Assembly (NCBI GenBank): GCA_963696395.1
Contig: CAVOJZ010000002.1
Coordinates: 431,317-495,316 of the forward strand
Source of the DNA: an uncultured bacterium
Lineage (GTDB): Bacteria; Patescibacteriota; Minisyncoccia; UBA6257; 2-01-FULL-56-20
Reading direction: 5' to 3'
DNA: 64,000 bases
Within the stretch, counting starts at the first letter, position 1. Each line of letters starts with the position of its first letter. Shown in pieces: positions 45,200 to 53,207 of this stretch. The position numbers were made by a program, and so were the translations under genes. The notes below the pieces were generated by a model. That model was given only the letters and a program-made list of their open reading frames with translations, was not told where the DNA came from and made no database searches.

Positions 45200-45892
45200 T
45201 TATGTGCTTATAGCGGCGTTGGTTCCGCGTTCGACGGTTTGTGGATTGTAGAAATTATAGAATAGCTCGACGAGCTCCTGATTCCCAAGAATGGTTGTTT
45301 CAAGGCCGATGCCCAGGAGCCCTGCGACAACCTGATTTACCCGTTGCGTAATCTGGCTGACGTTTTCAGCAAATGTTTTACTGAGCGTCTCTTGTGACTT
45401 TGCCGCCTCTTCGGCGTTTGGTTTTTTCTTGTTGCCAAAAAAAGGAAGAGCGCTTAACAACCCCTTCCCTGATGTGGGCAGGGCTGAGCCTAATGGATAG
45501 AATGGCACAACCACCAGGAACGTCTTTTCCATGATGGCGTTTTTTGCCACAAAGCCTTTCACAAACTCGGCATATTCATCGATCTGATTCTGCAAAATGG
45601 GCGACGCTTCAATGTCTTTGCGCTTGATAAGCCCCTCTATATATTTGTCGATGTTAACCTTCCTTGAGTGGATGAGAATTTGGAGGGGGAACTCAACGGT
45701 ATTAAGGAATGTTTGGTACGCCTGCGTAAGGATGGTTTGTTCAACTTCGGATTTCAGGGCAAAATTGACGCCGCCGACCATAACGATCTGACGTAAACTG
45801 CCATCTTTTAGGATCACGATGCTGTCGCGGATTTCCTTAATGTCTACCAGGTCGAGCGAATTGCCAAAATCTTGTTTTGAAGGGAGCGCCAT
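45200..45892 (-). CDS. VirB4 N-terminal domain as a separate reading frame
   Basis: VDIKEIRDSIVILKDGSLRQIVMVGGVNFALKSEVEQ resembles the CagE/TrbE/VirB4 N-domain. Its stop lies 1 nt from the ATG of the ATPase ORF (TAAtATG) in a different frame. Confidence 0.55.
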   Translation of the reverse strand: MALPSKQDFGNSLDLVDIKEIRDSIVILKDGSLRQIVMVGGVNFALKSEVEQTILTQAYQTFLNTVEFPLQILIHSRKVNIDKYIEGLIKRKDIEASPILQNQIDEYAEFVKGFVAKNAIMEKTFLVVVPFYPLGSALPTSGKGLLSALPFFGNKKKPNAEEAAKSQETLSKTFAENVSQITQRVNQVVAGLLGIGLETTILGNQELVELFYNFYNPQTVERGTNAAIST

Positions 45893-45908
45893 GCCATTAT
45901 TTTACCAT

Positions 45909-46427
45909 TTATCGGTAATCAACGCGCCGCGCGGCACTCCGATCGCCCGATAGTTTCCGGAAAATTTGATATCGCTCATTCATTTTCCGTTCGATGAACT
46001 GCCGATCGGACGTTTTCGGAGACTCGCCCGTTTGCACGTTCTGCCAGGTTTTGTGGAGCGATGTTCCCGCCGCCAGTTTTTCAATAAGCGAAGGCGGAAG
46101 TTCAGCTTCTTTTTCCTGTTGGCGAATCGGTGTCCGCGCAACGGGTGCATGTTCCGGTTGCCAGATATAGGTTTGCGGTTTCCAATAGAAGCCCGCGGCG
46201 GCGATGATGATATTAATCAAAGGCCTTCCCTCAATGTGAATAAATGATAAGGCAAGAGCTCCGCCAATAAAGATGATGGCTATTATTACAAAGAGCCACG
46301 TTGCAACCATAAAGTAGAAAATAGCACTCACAAGGCAGGCGGCACCAACGTAAGCGAATTGCCTGATTGAAAATGGGCCAACCACCTTATCTTCCGTTTC
46401 AATGAATTGTGGAACCTGGAACTGCAT
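45909..46427 (-). CDS. PrgI/VirB3-like small membrane protein
   Basis: FSIRQFAYVGAACLV plus two TM helices. Positioned immediately upstream of virB4, which is the conserved virB3-virB4 order. Confidence 0.45.
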   Translation of the reverse strand: MQFQVPQFIETEDKVVGPFSIRQFAYVGAACLVSAIFYFMVATWLFVIIAIIFIGGALALSFIHIEGRPLINIIIAAAGFYWKPQTYIWQPEHAPVARTPIRQQEKEAELPPSLIEKLAAGTSLHKTWQNVQTGESPKTSDRQFIERKMNERYQIFRKLSGDRSAARRVDYR

Positions 46428-46458
46428 ATATGCATTATAAATTATCCCCAGCGTTGTG

Positions 46459-47742
46459 CTAGGGATAATTCACTTTGACCACTTTTGGTTGAGGCGGCGG
46501 AGGAGACGGTTTCTGCGGCTGAGGTGAGGAAGGCATTGCGGTTGTCGGTGTTCGAGGTGCTGAAGGCGGCATCGGTGGTTTCGGAACCGGAGTTGATGCA
46601 ACCGGTGTTTGGCTTGGCACTACAATAGGCTTCGCTATATTTGGCGGAGGAAGCGGACTTGATGACCTCGCTATTACTGGTGTTGTCGCGATCGGAGCCA
46701 CAGGAGCTGGTTTTGCGGTCGGGACGGAAAGTGGCGATAAAGCGGGAGAGCTGCTAACACTCGGCGTGGCGATCGGCGTGGGCTTCGGAGAAGCCCCGGT
46801 GACTTCAGTAACGTGCCTGTCAATCGGTTGCGTTGAAATTTGAAATTGCGTGTAGTGAGTGAATTTTGGAGCGCTCGAATCGGATTGCGTAGGTGCGTTT
46901 GTGAGTGAGCCAAGTTCGAGAACTGCCGGCTTCACTGCCTGCTGGGATTTAACCCCGTCAAGTGAAACCTGCGCATCTCCTCCCGGTTTCGAGAGGTGAA
47001 AATCGGTGGTCTTGTCGCTGGATGTGAATTTTGCATCTTCATGGAGAATAACTGGTGCCGGTCCTGTTGGGGGCGTTCCAATTTTTGCCTGCGTGGGTTG
47101 TCCTGGCGTCGCTACCGGCCCCGTTGTTTTTGACCAACCCGCCTGCGTCAAAGGTGAAGCAGCAAATTTACCCTCTGAGGGAGCCGGGATCCTTGTCGTT
47201 GAACCTGGGATCGAAGACAAAACAGCAGAAATCGGTTTTTGCGACGCTGGCGCAGCGATCGGAAAAGACGTTGGAGTTACGGGTTTTGGAGCGACGGAAT
47301 TCAGAGGTTTAAGTGATGCCTGGGCTGAGCCGCCTGAAACCATATCGAAAACCATACTTGGGGAAGGTCCGCTCGCTGCGATGTCCTGGATTTTTTTCGG
47401 CAAAGTTTCGAACTTGCTAAGAGGGCTATAAATTTTGTCGAGGTCAGCCTGTAGCGGAGTGAAAATTCTCTTCTTAAGCGCGTCCTGGATGTCGGACGCT
47501 GTTTTGCGATCGAGGGTCAATCCTTCGACTATCTCAAGAGCTACATCTTCGGGATGAAGGAACCCCATCATCACGTAGCCGGCGATTTTTGCAATTGCAT
47601 AGATTTTTTCGCTCGGAACGTGCTCCCCTTCGCACGTTCTCCACAGGAAATCGGAATTTGTTTCAGAATACAAAGCCTCTCGCAAGCTCATCGGCAACAA
47701 ATCCCAGCGATCTAATGTTTGGTTTGTCGTGACGGTAATCAT
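46459..47742 (-). CDS. protein with about 120-aa folded N-domain and about 300-aa Pro/Ser/Thr/Ala-rich disordered tail
   Basis: Extreme low complexity (PKPTPIATPSVSS...PPPPQPK). No TM helix. Confidence 0.5.
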   Translation of the reverse strand: MITVTTNQTLDRWDLLPMSLREALYSETNSDFLWRTCEGEHVPSEKIYAIAKIAGYVMMGFLHPEDVALEIVEGLTLDRKTASDIQDALKKRIFTPLQADLDKIYSPLSKFETLPKKIQDIAASGPSPSMVFDMVSGGSAQASLKPLNSVAPKPVTPTSFPIAAPASQKPISAVLSSIPGSTTRIPAPSEGKFAASPLTQAGWSKTTGPVATPGQPTQAKIGTPPTGPAPVILHEDAKFTSSDKTTDFHLSKPGGDAQVSLDGVKSQQAVKPAVLELGSLTNAPTQSDSSAPKFTHYTQFQISTQPIDRHVTEVTGASPKPTPIATPSVSSSPALSPLSVPTAKPAPVAPIATTPVIARSSSPLPPPNIAKPIVVPSQTPVASTPVPKPPMPPSAPRTPTTAMPSSPQPQKPSPPPPQPKVVKVNYP

Positions 47743-50129
47743 GATTTAGGTGCGGTGGCTGAAGCGGCGCCGGGACTCCCACCGTCACCGAATGTTGCAT
47801 TATAGGCAAGCGATTTTTTAATGGAATCCATGGCGAGCTCAAGATTTTTTTCTTCGACAGTCATCTTTTTCTTCAGTTCTTCGCGCTGCTTCTGGATGTC
47901 CTTGATCGTTGATTCCATCTTGCCCCTCGAAATCGTGAGTGTTTTCTTTGCGGCCTCCGTGGTGGCTTCATTGATTTGTTGTGTGAGCTTGCTTAAGCCC
48001 TCTTCCTGGTCCTTTATGTCTGCTTCCATTTTTGCATCCTCTTTAAAGTAGGTGCGCTTGTCCATCTCCCCTCTGATTTGCTTAATATAAATGTCCGTAA
48101 ATTTTGGCAGAGTCGTCCTGTCCATCTTGCTTAATTGACCCGACGCAAACTGGGGAGCTTGCAATGCCCAATTCTTTGCCAGGGCTCTTGCGATAGGCGT
48201 ATCCTCTTTGAACGCTTCGTTGCCATTCACTTTATTGGCATCTGCTTTATCCCAGCCTTTCGTAAACTTCGCGGTTTCGTCGTCCAGTTCTTTTTCCGCC
48301 ATTTCCTTTTCAGCATCCGATCGTGCCCCCTTAACCTTCGCTTGGGCCGCTCTCATTGGTTTGTTGCTGCCGAGTTGCTTATTAACATCTCCCAAGAGCT
48401 TGCCTTGACCATAATTCGTGAAGAGGCTTTCGTTCTTGTCCAGCCAGGTTGCGAAATCTTGACCCTGTACCTTGTCAATTTTATCGAGCTTGCCTCGCTT
48501 TTGGAGCTCTTGGATATAGGCGAGTTGTTTGTCTGCGCCCAAAATCTTACCCGTACCCATCAGTTGATCTCGCAGCTCTTCGTCTGAGCGATCGCCCATC
48601 TTGAGGTCGGTTGACGCTTTTTTAACCAGATCTGCGCCGCCTTTCTTTGTGAGATCTCCCATCGATCTGCCAAGAGAAGAAACTCCTGGGATCCTGCTGC
48701 GTTGAAGGGCTCTATTGATGGCATCTCCTCCTCCGTACGGGAGGCTTTGGTAGGCTCGTCGGGCGACCCTCTTCGAATGCTTCCCTGCGAATCCTCCCAC
48801 CTGCCCACCAACCCACTTCGCTCCGTGCATAATTGCGTCCGATCCGGTGAGGGAAAGCGAATTTGCCGCATAAATACCACCAAGACAAAGCCCAACCATC
48901 ACAATTTCCTGGAGAGCCATCGGGAGAAAGCCTACATGGCCCGTTTGGAGAGCAGCTGCCAACATCGGATCGTTCGGATTGTTCGTAAGAGACGTCGGGA
49001 GCGCCGCAATCGTAACATTCACTTGGCCGCCAACTACACTCACCGACAAAATCGCCAGATAGAGGAAAAAGAGCGACAGCGCGGGGAACATTGTCCACTT
49101 AAGGAATAGCCCCCACCATTTTGCGAGATAATCAAACTTCGGGAATATCCAAGTGAGCCATGCAAGAGGAAGTATAATAAGCAGGATTGATAGGTAGACA
49201 TAACGGATTATCATTAATAGTCCGATCAGAATAAGAGTGAAGGCCGTTATGCCTATAAAGATTGCAGAAAAGAGTCCCGACATTACCGCCCTTACGAAAT
49301 CGGAGGCTCCAGTTTGGTCTGAGTTTGTAAAAAGCGTCGATAGATGAACGCAGAGATAATTGTTTAAAGATTGGAACCACGTTCCGGCAGTTTGTTGCGC
49401 GCAGGAACTTTGCGCGACGGGTCCAGCACTCGTAAGATCTGGTGGTGTCCTAAAAGCAGCCGGTAAAAATGCAGTGGTTATGGTTGTAGTGAAGTTCGCC
49501 GCACCGCCACTTGCATTCAAAAAATAGCCGGTAAGATTATCTGCCAACCCAACGATAGGCCCGGTAATTACAAGACCAAAATTTACAAGGATCGCCATCG
49601 CGATCAACTTCCAAAGCATTTGTTTGATGCCGTAAGTTTCGTTGCGAAGAATGGTTGCGATCGCTATGACTATTATCCCCAAAACAAAGCCAAGGTTTGC
49701 CAACGAAAGAGAAATCGAAAATCCTGCCTGAACTGTTTGTGAACTAAAAACGGCACCGCTTAAATTAAGGCCTTCAAGAATAATAATCCCCCCAAGAGAG
49801 ACAAGGAGAGAAAGTGCGTCGTTTATTAAGGTGCTTATAAGAGCAACAGCCGATGTGCCGGGGCTACTTGCCCAATCGTACCAAGCTGGAATTTGATTTG
49901 TGACGCCCGCACTCTGGGATCCGCCAGTCGTTCCTGGGGTTGTCGGTGCCGATGGAGACACCGGAAGCGGTGAGACTGGAGCCAGTGGCGGGAGCGGCTC
50001 TATCGGCGCGACTTGTGCATGAACTAATACCGCACCAAAAAGCAAAGAACAGCTTACGAGAGCAAGGATTCCTGCTAGATATTTTTTATAGCTGGTCGTT
50101 TTCATTATTGTTGGACGGTAACACTGCAT
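47739..50129 (-). CDS. VirB6/TrbL-like polytopic membrane protein with about 330-aa charged coiled-coil C-terminal extension
   Basis: Signal peptide, Pro-rich linker, then at least 6 TM helices with large loops, then a K/E/D-rich heptad-like tail. Confidence 0.55.
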   Translation of the reverse strand: MQCYRPTIMKTTSYKKYLAGILALVSCSLLFGAVLVHAQVAPIEPLPPLAPVSPLPVSPSAPTTPGTTGGSQSAGVTNQIPAWYDWASSPGTSAVALISTLINDALSLLVSLGGIIILEGLNLSGAVFSSQTVQAGFSISLSLANLGFVLGIIVIAIATILRNETYGIKQMLWKLIAMAILVNFGLVITGPIVGLADNLTGYFLNASGGAANFTTTITTAFLPAAFRTPPDLTSAGPVAQSSCAQQTAGTWFQSLNNYLCVHLSTLFTNSDQTGASDFVRAVMSGLFSAIFIGITAFTLILIGLLMIIRYVYLSILLIILPLAWLTWIFPKFDYLAKWWGLFLKWTMFPALSLFFLYLAILSVSVVGGQVNVTIAALPTSLTNNPNDPMLAAALQTGHVGFLPMALQEIVMVGLCLGGIYAANSLSLTGSDAIMHGAKWVGGQVGGFAGKHSKRVARRAYQSLPYGGGDAINRALQRSRIPGVSSLGRSMGDLTKKGGADLVKKASTDLKMGDRSDEELRDQLMGTGKILGADKQLAYIQELQKRGKLDKIDKVQGQDFATWLDKNESLFTNYGQGKLLGDVNKQLGSNKPMRAAQAKVKGARSDAEKEMAEKELDDETAKFTKGWDKADANKVNGNEAFKEDTPIARALAKNWALQAPQFASGQLSKMDRTTLPKFTDIYIKQIRGEMDKRTYFKEDAKMEADIKDQEEGLSKLTQQINEATTEAAKKTLTISRGKMESTIKDIQKQREELKKKMTVEEKNLELAMDSIKKSLAYNATFGDGGSPGAASATAPKS

Positions 50130-52267
50130 GTTACCGGGGTGTCACTGGCAGTGTCGCTCAATGTGACTGTGTAAGTCCCAGGGTTAAACACGTGAGAAAA
50201 AGTCGAGCCCGTGCTCGAGGCACCGTCTGATGAAGCCCAGTTGTAGGTTGGATAATTACCACTTGAATCGAATGTACCGCCAGCCGCACCGATGGTTGCA
50301 GGAGGAGTGCTCGAACCAATTACGTTAACAGTTTGCTGGGTGGGAATGCACGAAAGTGGCATTTGCGCAGGTGGAGTCCCTCCGCCCTGAATGGAAGTTG
50401 GATTTATGCTTAACATGCCGTTCACTGCGTTACCCGCTGCGCTTACCGCGGCGTTTTCGAGCCCGGTGAGAAGCGATCCCGTTACGGCATTCAGGAGACC
50501 AACAATAGCGTTTGCAGCTGCAAGTTGTTGCGTCGTCCCTTCGGCAGAGCTTTGTTCCGAATTTATAGTGAAAATACCCGGGGTTGTTCCGTTTGGCTCG
50601 GCACCATTTGCACAAGTGCCGTTATTTGCTTCGGCTTCCGGTGCCCCAAGATTGTTGGCAGGGCAAGGACTGTTCGAAGTGTAATCCTTGCCGCTCGGGT
50701 CGGTGCAATAATAACTGATGCCATTTGGGTTGCTCCCATCGGCGCAGACCTGATCGCCCTTGCCGCCTTGCGAAGCAATACTTTTGGCTTGCACTGCTTG
50801 TTGGGCGTTGCGGGCGTTAAGCCCCACAGCAATCGAACCAAAATAAAGCGAATCATAGTAATTGTTTGTGGGCGCTGAACCTGCCCCGAACGCGAGCCAG
50901 CCTCCCTGCGAAAAATTATTATAAAACTGCTGAAGCGTGTGCCCACTCAAAGCCGCTTGAAATGTATTCGCGCAACTATTGTTGCCGTTTGAATAAGGGA
51001 GCTTTAGCATGACGCTGATTTGTGGTAAAAGCCCCGGATAGCCACACGCAAGAGGACCGTACTGACTATTGATATAGGTTATAGCCCTTTGGGTATATGC
51101 GGTCACGAGCTGGGTGCTCCAGTTCGTGATAAATCGCGGGGCGCCACTACCCTGGATCCACACGAGAACTTTCCGTTGGACGAGGGCAATCAGGACGTTT
51201 TTGAGGATTTGGAGCAGTGTATTTTTAATAGCATCTTCCAATTGCTGTTCGATGTTTTGAAGTTGGTTTGTCGAGATTAATGTCCACGTCGCGGGATCAA
51301 AGACTTGCCATTGAGCATGAGCCGTTGGTATGCCGAGAATGTTATCAACAATTGCAAGCAATCCATTTTGCGAGTCATCCTTCCCTTGGAGAGAGACGGC
51401 GTTATTTGCTATCGCTTGACTATCTTCCTGGAGCTTTTGTTCCGCCAATTGAAATTTTGAGTCTTCAGTCTGGAAAATAAGAGAGGCTTTCACCGGATCG
51501 GTCTGCGCAAGTGTTAGCAATTGGAAAAAGTTTTTATCATATACAAATATCTTCACCATGTCTTTTTGAAAGGGAACAAGTTGGCTTGGGGTTTGAAGTG
51601 CGAGCGTGTCGCCGAGCGTCTGTTGCATTTGAGATTGTATATATGCGAGGTCGCTCGTGTCAGCATCGCCGGAATTATTTAATATGCTCTTGACTCGGTC
51701 ATCGATGTGAGCACTCAGGACGCCTTCCAGTGCTTTCCCATAAGACTCAACTGCCGCCGGATTTGAAGCGGCGGCAATACGCACTGGTTGCGATGCAGCT
51801 TCAATATCCCAGTCTGGAATTTGGAGTTCTTGTGTTGCACTTGAATTTGCCACAACATTTACGATTCCGGTTACGTCGGGTTGTGTGAGGACGGGGTCTC
51901 CGTTTGTGTCATATGTTGGACCATTTGGATTCGTTCCAATAACTCCGCCAAGATATGAATCGGCTAAGGCGTCAGTCAGGTTGCTTGAATCTGACAAAGG
52001 AGCGGACGTGGTAGCTAGAATGGCCGCTGCGTTCGCCGCCGCCGTTTCAATCGCCGCAGAAACTTGATTATTCGATTGGACTACAAAGGCGTTATTTTGA
52101 ACCGGGTTTGAAGACGTCGGAGTATCAGAAATTGTAGCTTGAACTTGCGCTTGTTCGCTTCCGGTCGCCTGCACGGAGTTCCCTACGGTCGAGACAATAA
52201 GAGCCGAAGCGCCAAGTGCGATAGCCAAAATCAGAAAACCGGTGATCAATTTCTTGACATCGATCAT
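50105..52267 (-). CDS. large secreted protein with C-terminal PKD-like domain
   Basis: Signal peptide, multiple Cys pairs in residues about 400-560, and C-terminal FSHVFNPGTYTVTLSDTASDTPVTCSVTV matching the PKD pattern. Confidence 0.55.
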   Translation of the reverse strand: MIDVKKLITGFLILAIALGASALIVSTVGNSVQATGSEQAQVQATISDTPTSSNPVQNNAFVVQSNNQVSAAIETAAANAAAILATTSAPLSDSSNLTDALADSYLGGVIGTNPNGPTYDTNGDPVLTQPDVTGIVNVVANSSATQELQIPDWDIEAASQPVRIAAASNPAAVESYGKALEGVLSAHIDDRVKSILNNSGDADTSDLAYIQSQMQQTLGDTLALQTPSQLVPFQKDMVKIFVYDKNFFQLLTLAQTDPVKASLIFQTEDSKFQLAEQKLQEDSQAIANNAVSLQGKDDSQNGLLAIVDNILGIPTAHAQWQVFDPATWTLISTNQLQNIEQQLEDAIKNTLLQILKNVLIALVQRKVLVWIQGSGAPRFITNWSTQLVTAYTQRAITYINSQYGPLACGYPGLLPQISVMLKLPYSNGNNSCANTFQAALSGHTLQQFYNNFSQGGWLAFGAGSAPTNNYYDSLYFGSIAVGLNARNAQQAVQAKSIASQGGKGDQVCADGSNPNGISYYCTDPSGKDYTSNSPCPANNLGAPEAEANNGTCANGAEPNGTTPGIFTINSEQSSAEGTTQQLAAANAIVGLLNAVTGSLLTGLENAAVSAAGNAVNGMLSINPTSIQGGGTPPAQMPLSCIPTQQTVNVIGSSTPPATIGAAGGTFDSSGNYPTYNWASSDGASSTGSTFSHVFNPGTYTVTLSDTASDTPVTCSVTVQQ

Positions 52268-52368
52268 TTACCTTTATTATAGCTCGCTGATTCTACAATA
52301 TATATCGTGGTTATCCCCACGGAAGGCGCATAATGAAGCGATAAACAGGGGCGCCAGGAGCTTCCTCC

Positions 52369-53166
52369 TTAAAAAAACATGCGGGCGAGACTCGAGATGT
52401 CGCGAATGGTCAAATCCTGAGGACGAGAACCGGGGTTGATGCTAAGTTTTGTGAGCTCCGCCTCAGTTTCCTGTTTAGAAAGTTTTTTCTGCGTCCCGGC
52501 GTAAATATTATTTAAAATCGTCTTCCTTGGTTGTGCAAAAATTGACCGAACGGCGTCGTAATAGCGGCTCGGTTCAACTTCTTCCTGTGCAGTCTTTGCC
52601 TCGAGGAGCACGACGGCGGAATCGACTTCGGGTATCGGAGAAAAATCTTCTTTTGGAACGTGCATAACAATTTTTGCCACCGCCCAAAACTGGACGCTTG
52701 CCGCAAGGCGATTCATGTCGGGTGGTTTGGCGCACATGCGAACCGCAACCTCGCTTTGAACCATAATCACGGAACGGGCGGGTTTATTTTCGAGATCGCT
52801 TATCACTCGCAATAATTTTCCGGTTATGTAATACGGAATATTGCCGGCAAGTTTCCATGGAGTCCCTGCTGCAAGGTTTTCACGAACGAGATCAGGTAAG
52901 GCGGTTAGTGCATCCCCTTCTATTATGTCTACGCCTTGCTGTCCTGTGTCTTTTTTTGCAAATAAGGCATGCAGCGGATGGGCGAGATTCAAGTCTTTTT
53001 CGATCGCCACTATTTTACGGACCGTCTTCGCCGCGATTGCGGTAGTAAGCTCTCCGTGACCCGGTCCGATTTCAATCACAAAATCATCCGCACGAAGATC
53101 GAGGGAGTCAATGATTTTTTTAAGCGCTGACTTGTTTTTAAGAAAGTGCTGGCCGAGACGGGGCAT
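52369..53166 (-). CDS. rsmA: 16S rRNA (adenine1518/1519-N6)-dimethyltransferase
   Basis: MPRLGQHFL... with SAM motif VIEIGPGHGELT. Confidence 0.85.
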   Translation of the reverse strand: MPRLGQHFLKNKSALKKIIDSLDLRADDFVIEIGPGHGELTTAIAAKTVRKIVAIEKDLNLAHPLHALFAKKDTGQQGVDIIEGDALTALPDLVRENLAAGTPWKLAGNIPYYITGKLLRVISDLENKPARSVIMVQSEVAVRMCAKPPDMNRLAASVQFWAVAKIVMHVPKEDFSPIPEVDSAVVLLEAKTAQEEVEPSRYYDAVRSIFAQPRKTILNNIYAGTQKKLSKQETEAELTKLSINPGSRPQDLTIRDISSLARMFF

Positions 53167-53207
53167 AAATTTGGATATTGTGATACTTACCTTAGCACAT
53201 TGTCCTA

